Shown one piece after another: positions 1 to 8,116 of a DNA stretch of 64,000 nt (position 1 is its first letter; each line of letters opens with the position of its first letter). The notes under the pieces were generated by a model. That model was given only the letters and a program-made list of their open reading frames with translations, ran no database searches and was not told where the DNA came from. Both the position numbers and the translations under genes were made by a program. Source of the DNA: Ostreococcus lucimarinus (lineage: Eukaryota); the NCBI GenBank assembly GCA_000092065.1, contig CP000600.1; one strand, written 5' to 3'.

Positions 1-647
1 CGGAGTTGTGCGTGTTGGAATCGTTCGTGCGAGAGACGGCGGTGCCGTTCGTGCGAGAGAAGGGCTTGGGATGGGTGCTGCCGAGGAGAGAGACGAGCGA
101 GACGTATCTCGCGGGCGTGGTGTTCATGCTCGGCGCGAATTTCATTTTGCTCGGTTCGACCAAGGTTGTGGCCATCATGGCCATCTATCACGATCTGAGT
201 CTTGGGTTGGCGACGCGCTTGTTTGGCTCGGCGCTCGGCGCGCTCGGGCCGACGAATGAGCGAGAAAAGCGCGAGAAGGAGTTGAACAAGGTGATGGATG
301 AACAGATGAACGAGCTAAAGGGGGTGATGTCGAACTGGACGATCGGTAAAGACGATCGCGCGAGGAAGACGCAGGAAATTAACGACAAGTACGCGACGAA
401 ACTGGAAGCTTTGCGCGGTTCGCAAGAGGAGCGAAGCGATCGCGACGACGCCGTCGGGTTGAGTAAATTCAGACAAGTCGCCGGCGTAGTCGCAGTTCCG
501 CTCAAGGTGTACGGCACCGTCAGTTCGAAAGGCCGCCAAGTCTTAGAGGTCTTCGACACGTTCTGTTCGCGATATTTTGTCGCCTTCACGGTGACGTACA
601 TAATCATCAAAACCGCGCATTACACGGTGTTGAAAGATTTCCCGTGA
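1..647 (+). CDS. hypothetical membrane protein, 5'-partial (frame open to window edge)
   Basis: Track ORF 6..647 starts at TTG and the frame stays open to base 3, so the true start lies upstream of the window. Hydrophobic segments (LAGVVFMLGANFILLGSTKVVAIMAIY, FVAFTVTYIIIKTA) flank a K/E-rich helical stretch. No family recognised. Confidence 0.4.
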   Translation, partial: ELCVLESFVRETAVPFVREKGLGWVLPRRETSETYLAGVVFMLGANFILLGSTKVVAIMAIYHDLSLGLATRLFGSALGALGPTNEREKREKELNKVMDEQMNELKGVMSNWTIGKDDRARKTQEINDKYATKLEALRGSQEERSDRDDAVGLSKFRQVAGVVAVPLKVYGTVSSKGRQVLEVFDTFCSRYFVAFTVTYIIIKTAHYTVLKDFP

Positions 648-708
648 TTCGAGACGGTTAGTAATACATTGTAGTCTACACATCCACGCGCACCGTGCGG
701 TGCCGATT

Positions 709-1302
709 TCACGTTTTCGGACGTCGAACGTAACGCGCCAACCGAGTGGCGTGCGCCCCCGTCGACGCGGCCAGCGCGCTCTCGCACGCGTCCTTCAGCG
801 CCTTGAGCGTTTGATAATCCGTCTCCGCGAGCGTCGTCTTCTTCGTCCCGCCGTCGTCGCCGCGCGCCAATCCCAGTTTCAACAAATACTTCGCCTCGCT
901 CTCCACCAGCGACGCTCGACTCGAGACGTTCGCATCTAATCGCCACTCCAACCCATCGTACGCGTCGCTTCTGTTCGTCGCCGTCCCTCGTCGCGTCGCC
1001 GCGCCTCGTTCGCCCCGCAGCGCCTCCTCCGCGTACCGCCTCGTCAGCGTCTCCGCCTTGGCGTCGTCGAACCCGAATCCCCGCATGCGCTTCCCGAACG
1101 CATCGCTCGTCACGCATCCTCGCGCGCACTCCGCGAACGCCCACGCGAGCGCCCTCGCGTCGCTCGCCGCGCGCTCGACCGCGCGCTCGCCCGACGCCAG
1201 CGCCATGGCGTCCTCGCACGCCGCGTCGACGACGTCGAGCGATCGCGCGGCGAGCGCGCGCAGGTCGCGCTCGATCGCTTTCGTCCACACCACGGGTTCC
1301 AT
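709..1302 (-). CDS. COMM domain-containing protein (197 aa)
   Basis: This is the C-terminal part of track ORF 709..2508, from the ATG at 1302 (MEPVVWTKAIERDL...). The C-terminal COMM-type signature is LEWRLDANVSSRASLVESEAKYLLKLGL...TTLAETDYQTLKALKDACESAL. The rest of the 599-aa ORF is antisense to the transporter gene. Confidence 0.7.
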   Translation of the reverse strand: MEPVVWTKAIERDLRALAARSLDVVDAACEDAMALASGERAVERAASDARALAWAFAECARGCVTSDAFGKRMRGFGFDDAKAETLTRRYAEEALRGERGAATRRGTATNRSDAYDGLEWRLDANVSSRASLVESEAKYLLKLGLARGDDGGTKKTTLAETDYQTLKALKDACESALAASTGAHATRLARYVRRPKT

Positions 1303-1551
1303 GGCGCCGCGCGCGAGGCGACGCGCGACGCGACCGCGCGAACGTCTGCCGTCGATGGACGACGCCCAACACCCTCCGTTTGAGGACCGCAGTGCGCGAC
1401 GGTCGGACCGCGCGCGACGACGCGCGAGGCGGCGACGACGCGCGAACCGAAAGAAAGAACGAACGAACGCGCGCGCGCGACGACGCGCGGGTCGAACGCG
1501 CGCGAACGAAGCGACGACGCGCGCGCGAAAGAAGCGACGAGGGCGAACACC

Positions 1552-2562
1552 ATGAGCGACGTCGGCGGGAAGAGCGCGAAAGAGCTGTCGATGTCGGCGT
1601 ATCTCACGGCGATGACGTATGGGGTGGCGTACATCACCGCCGCGACGACGATCATCATGCTGAATAAGTACATGCTGAGCGTGACGGCGTTTCATTATCC
1701 CATCGTGTTGTCGTCGCTGGGCGTCGTCTGCGGGTGGACGCTGAGCCTGATCGGCGTGCACGTGACGAAGACGGTGGATATCTCCACGCACGGTGATATT
1801 ACGTTTACGACGTGGGTGAAGAACGTGTTGCCGATCGGGTTTTTTCAAGGAACGACGCTGATGCTCGGGAACATGGCGTACTTTCATCTCACGCTGTCGT
1901 TTTTGCAAATGGTCAAGGCGCTGTCGCCGGCGGTGTTGTTCTTCATCTTGTATCTCACTGGGTTGGATAAGTGGCACGCCAAAGTCGCCATGGCGGTGGC
2001 TGTTATTATTGGCGGTACGTTGATCGCGTCGCTCGGCGAGACGAGCTTCACGTGGGTCGGATTCGCTTTGATTTTTGGCGCAGAATTGACAGAGGCGTTT
2101 AAGAACGCGTTGATGCAATTCTTGCTCGCGAATAAAAAGTTCAGCATGTGGGAAGGGATGTACTTCATCTCCCCCGCCTCGCTTATCTTTCTTCTTCTCG
2201 CCGCGACGGCGTTCGAATTCAAGCACATGCGTGAGAACGACGCTTGGGGCATGATGGTGGACAAGCCTTACTTGTTCGTCGCCGCCGGCTTTTTGGGCTT
2301 CGTCGTCAACTTTTGTTCCCTCGGCGTCATCAAGCACATCGGTTCTCTCACCCTCAAAGTCCTCGCTCAGCTCCGATCGATTCTCATCATCGTCTTCGGC
2401 GTCGTCTTCTACCACGACGTCGTCACCCCGATGCAAATGTTCGGTTACGGCGTCGCCCTCGTCGGTTTCACCGCATACAACGTCGCCAAGGTGCAGGCCA
2501 AGGAGCAAGAGATTTTAGAAGAACAGCGCGAGGCGGGACTGAGCAAGCCGCTCTTACCCTGA
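1552..2562 (+). CDS. triose-phosphate/nucleotide-sugar transporter family (DMT superfamily) membrane protein
   Basis: ATG-initiated 336-aa ORF with about 9-10 hydrophobic helices. TPT-family landmarks are present (NKYML, GNMAYFHLTLSFLQMVKALSPAV, GSLTLKVLAQLRSILIIVFGVVFY). Confidence 0.85.
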   Translation: MSDVGGKSAKELSMSAYLTAMTYGVAYITAATTIIMLNKYMLSVTAFHYPIVLSSLGVVCGWTLSLIGVHVTKTVDISTHGDITFTTWVKNVLPIGFFQGTTLMLGNMAYFHLTLSFLQMVKALSPAVLFFILYLTGLDKWHAKVAMAVAVIIGGTLIASLGETSFTWVGFALIFGAELTEAFKNALMQFLLANKKFSMWEGMYFISPASLIFLLLAATAFEFKHMRENDAWGMMVDKPYLFVAAGFLGFVVNFCSLGVIKHIGSLTLKVLAQLRSILIIVFGVVFYHDVVTPMQMFGYGVALVGFTAYNVAKVQAKEQEILEEQREAGLSKPLLP

Positions 2563-2724
2563 GCGCCGAACGATCGCATCTGATGTGTGTAGCTTTTCGT
2601 AGTCATGTATTCACTGATCTAGCTCTTCTTCCAATCGTTTCATCCGTCCCGCGCCGCCGCCTCGCGCGCGCGGTTTGAATGTCACCACGCATTCAAACCG
2701 CACTCGCGGTCGCGTCGGCTCGCC

Positions 2725-3499
2725 ATGGCGAGCACGAGCTTCGGCAAGAAGGCGTGCGAACTCGTGCGAGAGATCGCGGAGAGCGAGGCCGGGACGCTAC
2801 CGCCGTACAATCAGGATTTAATGCGCACGATCGCCGATCAGTGCGCGGACCACGGCGAGGCTATGCAGACGCTGGCGGTTCAGATTAACGAAGTGAACGA
2901 CGCCGAGGACGACGGCGCCGAGGACGCGGACGCGAGAGAAGATAAGACAGGGTCGTTGCGCACGGGGATGTTCGCGCATCATCAGGTGAGCGCGAGAGAT
3001 GCGGGAATCGAGGCGGCGAATCGAAGACGCGCGAGACGCGAGCGAAACGAATCAAACGAACGAACGAACGAACGAACGACGAACGAGCGACTGACTGCGT
3101 TTGCGTCGCGAATAGGCGATATTGCGGAATAAACGCGCGATGTTGGTGTACCTGAACGAGCGCATGAACAGGATAAAAGATCTTCGATGGCAAATCGGCA
3201 CCGGTTTGCCGGACAACGTGTCCTCCAACCTGAGTCACGGCGAACGCGCCTTCTTCACCAAGTACTCGGAAAATCTGAACGAATACATGCGAGAGGTGGA
3301 TTTGAACTTGACGTTAGATTTAGAACCGCCGAAGCATCACAAGATACAGGTGCGATGCTTGGAAGATCGCGGGGAGTTGTTCACCAGGGACGGCTCGGTG
3401 GATCTCAAGCGCAACACGGTGCACTTGATGTGGAGAGAGGAAGCGCAGCCGCTCATCCGCGAGGGCGTCCTCGAGCAGCTCGACGACGATGGGTGTTAG
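2725..3499 (+). CDS. PSF1: GINS complex subunit PSF1 (2 exons: 2725..2985, 3116..3499)
   Basis: Exon 1 ends ...GMFAHHQ at a GTGAGC donor. Exon 2 begins AILRNKRAMLVYLNERMNRIKDLRW, the hallmark PSF1 helix (compare human [25 protein letters not shown]), and ends ...IREGVLEQL. The junction is phase 0/0. Confidence 0.85.
2986..3115 (+). other. spliceosomal intron (130 nt) of PSF1
   Basis: GTGAGC donor, gcgACTGACtgc branch box 22 nt upstream of the AATAG acceptor. The internal (gaac)n low-complexity stretch contains stop codons if read through. Confidence 0.8.
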
Positions 3500-3610
3500 C
3501 GGCGTGTAGAATCAATTGAATTATAGGGAAGTAATATGCTATCCGTTCGTCGTTCGCGCTCGACGCGTCGTAATCCATTCCGTTTTCCGTCGGCTCGCTC
3601 CGCGACTCGC

Positions 3611-4117
3611 TCAAATCGCGAGCGGCGAGAGCACTCTCGGCAGCGCCTCGACGTTGGCCAAAAACGCGAAGAGCGAAAACAGCACCCCGAGCGTCGGCAT
3701 CAATCGCGGTCCCGGCCACTCGAGCGGATTTCTCGGCGTCTCGTCGAATCTCTTCGCGTACTGATAGCCCAACGCGAGCGTCGCGACCGCCCCCAGCGCC
3801 AGTCCCGCGGGCGACGCCAGTTCGTTATCGCTCTGGATCAGCGCGAACGCCCCGCACAGCGCACCGCTCGCCGGGCCGACGAACGCGAGATTCGGTCGTC
3901 CCGGCGTGCCCTCCGCGACGTTTTCCCGCGTGTTCAGCGCTTCGCCCATCACGCACAGCGCGAACGCGACGTCTTGCTGCGCCACGGCGTAGGCGACGTT
4001 CGCGTCCACCGCGCGCGCGGCGGTGCGTTCACCGCGCGCGAGCGACGCGCGCCTCGAGACGCGCGCGACGCGCGCTCGCGCGAGCGTCGTCGTCGTCGTC
4101 GACGTCGTCATCGCCAT
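3611..4117 (-). CDS. hypothetical small membrane protein with organelle-type presequence (168 aa)
   Basis: Taken from the ATG at 4117 (MAMTTSTTTTTLARARVARVSRRAS...) inside track ORF 3611..4498. It has a Thr/Arg-rich N-terminus followed by 3-4 hydrophobic segments. No family recognised. Confidence 0.5.
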   Translation of the reverse strand: MAMTTSTTTTTLARARVARVSRRASLARGERTAARAVDANVAYAVAQQDVAFALCVMGEALNTRENVAEGTPGRPNLAFVGPASGALCGAFALIQSDNELASPAGLALGAVATLALGYQYAKRFDETPRNPLEWPGPRLMPTLGVLFSLFAFLANVEALPRVLSPLAI

Positions 4118-4126
4118 CGCCGCAGA

Positions 4127-4882
4127 ATGAGGCGCACCGCCGCGCGCGCGGCGCGCGCGTCTCGAAGCGCGCGCGAGTACCTGCCGAAGGCGTTTCCGTC
4201 GCTCGACGCCGACGACGTCGCGCGCGAGCTCTTCGACGACGCGCGCGCGGTGGCGACGTTCGGCGCGAGCGACGAGGCGACGGCGCGAAAACAGCTGGGA
4301 CACGCGTGCGCGCAGGCGATCGGAGGCGAAGCGCGCCGGTGCAGGCACGGATACAGTCGCGCGCTGCTGTACGCGCCGGCGTCGACGACGACGACGGACG
4401 CGAGGGCGGCGCTCAAGGCGGAGCACGCGCTGTCGAGACTGAGCTGTCCCGAACTCATCGAAGCCGTCGACGCGTGGGAGCGCGAGGGAGGGATACACGC
4501 CGTCGCGGCGGCGTGCGACGCGGACGAAAGTTTATTCCAAAGCCTGGAGCGGGCGCATCGAGACGCGCCGAGGGTGCGAAACTGGTTGGTGGGCGAGGAG
4601 ACGAGCGCGCGGGTGCGCGAAGGCGAGACGAAAACGGATTTCATCGTCAACAGAACGGGGTTAGTTGGGGTGAGTTTAGAGGCGCTGACGAGCCAGAAGA
4701 CGTGGAAGAAGGTGAAATGTCTTCACGCGCACATAGCGGACACTTTGGTGCGGGGGAGAGGGAAGAATGCGGTCGGCGCGTTTGCGCTCGACGTTCTTCG
4801 CACGAGAAGAGGCGTCGACGTCGACGGAACGCCCGAGTGCTGGCGCAGATGCGCGCCAGGGGTAGCGGAGAGTAGAAAGTAG
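4127..4882 (+). CDS. hypothetical protein (251 aa)
   Basis: This is the only in-frame ATG (4127) of the coding-looking C-terminal part of track ORF 3536..4882 (MRRTAARAARASRSAREYLPKAFPSLDADDV...). The upstream part of that ORF is antisense to the previous gene. No family recognised. Confidence 0.5.
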   Translation: MRRTAARAARASRSAREYLPKAFPSLDADDVARELFDDARAVATFGASDEATARKQLGHACAQAIGGEARRCRHGYSRALLYAPASTTTTDARAALKAEHALSRLSCPELIEAVDAWEREGGIHAVAAACDADESLFQSLERAHRDAPRVRNWLVGEETSARVREGETKTDFIVNRTGLVGVSLEALTSQKTWKKVKCLHAHIADTLVRGRGKNAVGAFALDVLRTRRGVDVDGTPECWRRCAPGVAESRK

Positions 4883-4946
4883 AATGCGCTAGGGTAGAGT
4901 ATTAATAGAAAATAGCATAGCTGCGAGGGAACGAGCGGGGCGAGCG

Positions 4947-5990
4947 CTATCGACAAAACGACGAACTCAACGCTTTGGAGACGGAAATTCTCTGCGACCT
5001 GTTCGCCACGAGACCGCACACTAATTTCCAACCCGCCCCGTCGTTTTCATCGAGAATCGCGAAATCGCTTTGCCTGCGCTCGGGCAGGCTCGCTCGCCAG
5101 GCTTCGCAGTCGTACGCCCAAGTTTTCAATTCTCCTCGAACGCCCTTCATGCCATTCTTTTTCCGAAACGCCGGAACGCTCACTTGCAAGATCACCATGC
5201 CCACCGAGAACGCGTCGAATAAATCGGGTTTATTCTTGTTCCACTCCCCAGCCCCTCCACCGCCGCCAAACTTCCCCGTGAGATATCGCTCGGGCGGCCC
5301 GTAGACGGGATCGAAAACCGTCTCCGCCTCGTCGTAGTTTTGCCCCGTCTTCAAATCTGCCGCCCCACCGAGATCGATCAGCCGCAATCCGTTCTTCGTG
5401 AGCAACACGTTGTTAGGTTTCACGTCCCTGTGAATGATCTTTTTGTCGTGAAGCCCCTTGACGCACTTGAGGAGTTCGCGACTCACCTTCTTGCACGCCT
5501 GCGCCTCCGTGGCGCACCCCAGCGCCTCCGCGAACGCCGCGCCGTCTCGTCCGCCTCCGAACACTCCCCCGAGTCCACCACCGCCGAGCGCGCCCTCGAG
5601 CGTGTCGCGTCCCTCGTCTTCGAACACGAGGTACGCGTTCGCGCCCGCGACGCCCAGAAACGTCGCGCCGCCGCGCCACCCCCTCGCGCGCCGCCAGATT
5701 CGCCCCTCCGCCTCGACGAACCGCGCGCCGCCTCGAAACGCGCTGCCCTCTTTCAGCACCACCGCCGTGCGCCCGCGGAGCGTGCCCGCGAAGACGTCGC
5801 CGAACGAGCCCGCGCCGATCTTCTCGCCGCGTCGCACGTCCGCGAGCGCGATGTCCCCGGCAAAGTCGCGCCCGCCGTCGTCGGACTCCGCGAACGCGCG
5901 CGGCGGCGGCGGCGACGCGCGGCGCGTCGAGCGGCGCGGCGCGCGCGCGCGCGGGGTCGTCGGAACGCGCGAGGTCGAGGCGACGCGCAT
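4947..5990 (-). CDS. Ser/Thr protein kinase, STN7/STN8-like (thylakoid state-transition kinase family), with transit-peptide-like N-terminus
   Basis: Kinase motifs are GAGSFGDVF, VVLKEG and IIHRDVKPNNVLL. The family-specific block is IDLGGAADLKTGQNYDEAETVFDPVYGPPERY, followed by FDAFSVGMVILQVSVPAF and ...GAGWKLVCGLV. Family assignment is by motif memory only. Confidence 0.75.
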   Translation of the reverse strand: MRVASTSRVPTTPRARAPRRSTRRASPPPPRAFAESDDGGRDFAGDIALADVRRGEKIGAGSFGDVFAGTLRGRTAVVLKEGSAFRGGARFVEAEGRIWRRARGWRGGATFLGVAGANAYLVFEDEGRDTLEGALGGGGLGGVFGGGRDGAAFAEALGCATEAQACKKVSRELLKCVKGLHDKKIIHRDVKPNNVLLTKNGLRLIDLGGAADLKTGQNYDEAETVFDPVYGPPERYLTGKFGGGGGAGEWNKNKPDLFDAFSVGMVILQVSVPAFRKKNGMKGVRGELKTWAYDCEAWRASLPERRQSDFAILDENDGAGWKLVCGLVANRSQRISVSKALSSSFCR

Positions 5991-6034
5991 GGGTGTGACG
6001 CCGCAGAGCGCGACGGCGAGCGCGCGCGCGCGGC

Positions 6035-7717
6035 ATGGCGAGCGAACGCGCGCGCGACGGCGACGACGGCGACGATGCGATGCGCGCGATGGGGACGCAG
6101 CGCGCGCGCGCGGTGACGCTCGTCGCGCGCGCGCGCGCGGAAGATGCCGCGGACGTCGAGCGCGAATCCGAAGACTTTGACGACGCGCGGCGACGCGCGC
6201 GGCGCGAGGCGAGCGGTGCGGAGGGCGGGAAGAGCGCGCGCGAGGGCGCGATGACGCCCGCGGGGTACAGAGCGACGCTGCGCGACGAGGACGGGGAAGA
6301 TTACGCGTCGATGCGACACGCCCTCGACGCGCTTCGGAACATCGATAAAGTCGACGCGTCGGGAGGTGCGGACGCGCGCGGTGCGTCGAACGCGGCGCGC
6401 GAGGGATGGGCGAGCGCGCGGGCGAGCGCGATCGCGGGCGACGCGGACCGCGGGACGTACGAGGTGGTCGAGACGCTGCGCGCGGGCGGAGCGGCGTCGA
6501 GCGCGAGTTTTAGTAAAGTCGGCGAGAGGAGTCTGGCGATCGGTGATCGCGCTGGATCGATCCTCGTGAGGCGATGCGCGACGGATGATATGGCGTGCGC
6601 GTCGACGAGCGAGGTCGGGGCGCACGATGGGGAGATTGTTGGCATGGATTGGAGTTTGAACGGCGGACGCCTGGTAACTGTAGGCAAGGTGGGGGAAGTG
6701 AAAACGTGGAACGTGACGCACACGTCCAAGACGACGATACAAATGACGAAGCAGAGCGCTTTTAAGGTGCATACTGAGGTGACGTGTGTTCTGTTTCACG
6801 CGGCGAAAGACGATCTCGTTTTTGTGGGCACGAAGTTGCGAGAGGTGCTCGTCGTCGACGTCCAGGTCGGAGTCCTCTTGGACAAGTTCACGATGAACGC
6901 GGTACCGCTTTGCATGGAATCCAACACATCAGGGTGTGTTCTGTTCGTCGGTGACGCTGAGGGCAATATCAGCGTGTTGACGTGCGACGCTCGAATGAAG
7001 AAGACGCTGTCACTCAAGTCTGAAGGCGACGCTGCGGTTGAAAATCCACTTCAGCGCGTCATCAATGAAAGATCGGCGAGTCAATCAGAGAGGATGAGCG
7101 TGGTCGGGCATCAACAGCTGCCTGATGAAGATGGAAGTGACCCGTCGACGGTAGGATCGAAACTCCGCTCGACACTCGCATCGATGCTTTCAAAGGCAAA
7201 AACCGCGGTGCCCGTGCCGCGGGTGGCTCAAGTGAAGACTGGGTATCGCTTGCGAGCGGCAAAAACGATTTCTGCAGAAAAATCGCCGATTCGCGCGATA
7301 CGCTATTGTCCGTTCGTTACAATCACGGGTAGAGCTGCGTTGTTGAGCTTCCATGAGTGCGGTATCGTGCGTATGTATCACGCAAACGATTTGCGGTACT
7401 CGTCTTTTAACTCTTTCACCCACGGACAAATACACGATTGGACCACTCCGGCCCGCGGTAGTGGCGCCGTTTCTTTCGCACACGGACACTCCATCGATCT
7501 GCCCCTCTTATCCGCCTCTAGAGCCAATCGAACGGCACTATACGTCATGCCCACTATTCCCGAAGCACCGATCCAGGCCTTGCAGTTCACCGACGATGTA
7601 GAAGAGAATAGCGAACAAGCTGTGGATATTGCAACCGTATCGGAATGGTCGCACGATTCCACCGAGCTTGTTATCGGTTATGCGTCGGGTAAATTGGTCG
7701 TCTGGCGCAAGATGTGA
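6035..7717 (+). CDS. WD40-repeat protein (560 aa), function unknown
   Basis: ATG ORF with a low-complexity Ala/Arg/Asp N-terminus. WD-like blades follow (GAHDGEIVGMDWSLNGGRLVTVGKVGEVKTWNV; CVLFVGDAEGNISVL; ELVIGYASGKLVVWRK). Confidence 0.65.
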   Translation: MASERARDGDDGDDAMRAMGTQRARAVTLVARARAEDAADVERESEDFDDARRRARREASGAEGGKSAREGAMTPAGYRATLRDEDGEDYASMRHALDALRNIDKVDASGGADARGASNAAREGWASARASAIAGDADRGTYEVVETLRAGGAASSASFSKVGERSLAIGDRAGSILVRRCATDDMACASTSEVGAHDGEIVGMDWSLNGGRLVTVGKVGEVKTWNVTHTSKTTIQMTKQSAFKVHTEVTCVLFHAAKDDLVFVGTKLREVLVVDVQVGVLLDKFTMNAVPLCMESNTSGCVLFVGDAEGNISVLTCDARMKKTLSLKSEGDAAVENPLQRVINERSASQSERMSVVGHQQLPDEDGSDPSTVGSKLRSTLASMLSKAKTAVPVPRVAQVKTGYRLRAAKTISAEKSPIRAIRYCPFVTITGRAALLSFHECGIVRMYHANDLRYSSFNSFTHGQIHDWTTPARGSGAVSFAHGHSIDLPLLSASRANRTALYVMPTIPEAPIQALQFTDDVEENSEQAVDIATVSEWSHDSTELVIGYASGKLVVWRKM

Positions 7718-7787
7718 TGTTTTCTGTATTCAAATTATCCTGTTGTTGCAATTTTAAATTTGAGCTCGCTGCGCGATGTTTTCTTTT

Positions 7788-7864
7788 CCTCTTCCAATCC
7801 TCTTCCAATCCTCTTCCAATCCTCTTCCAATCCTCTTCCAATCCTCTTCCAATCCTCTTCCAAA
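7788..7864. repeat. tandem repeat, 11-bp unit CCTCTTCCAAT x7
   Basis: Read directly from the sequence. Seven head-to-tail copies, the last degenerate (ccaaa). It lies in the convergent 3' spacer between the WD40 and transportin genes. Confidence 0.95.
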
Positions 7865-7962
7865 TCCCATATCTCTCCTTCAACCATCTCCCTACTTCCT
7901 AAACAATTCCTAAAAGTCCTTACCCTGACCTTTTCCAATCTGGCTGCGTCCTCATGCAACCG

Positions 7963-8112
7963 CTTCCTCTTCCTCTTCCTCTTCCTCTTCCTCTTCCTCT
8001 TCCTCTTCCTCTTCCTCTTCCTCTTCCTCTTCCTCTTCCTCTTCCTCTTCCTCTTCCTCTTCCTCTTCCTCTTCCTCTTCCTCTTCCTCTTCCTCTTCCT
8101 CTTCCTCTTCCT
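7963..8112. repeat. microsatellite (CTTCCT)25, pure pyrimidine on + strand
   Basis: 150 bp of perfect hexamer repeat, ending 4 bp from the transportin stop codon. The track ORFs translating it as LPLPLP / FLFLFL are artefacts. Confidence 0.97.
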
Positions 8113-8116
8113 CCAC

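Noticed and set aside
1303-2508. N-terminal 400 aa of the 599-aa minus-strand ORF 709..2508
   Set aside because: It is Arg/His/Asp-rich junk lying exactly codon-aligned antisense to the well-supported transporter gene (1552..2562). Only the C-terminal 197 aa (the COMM protein, from the ATG at 1302) look real. When sense codons end in G/C, the aligned antisense frame cannot contain T-initial stop codons. Long antisense ORFs are therefore expected.
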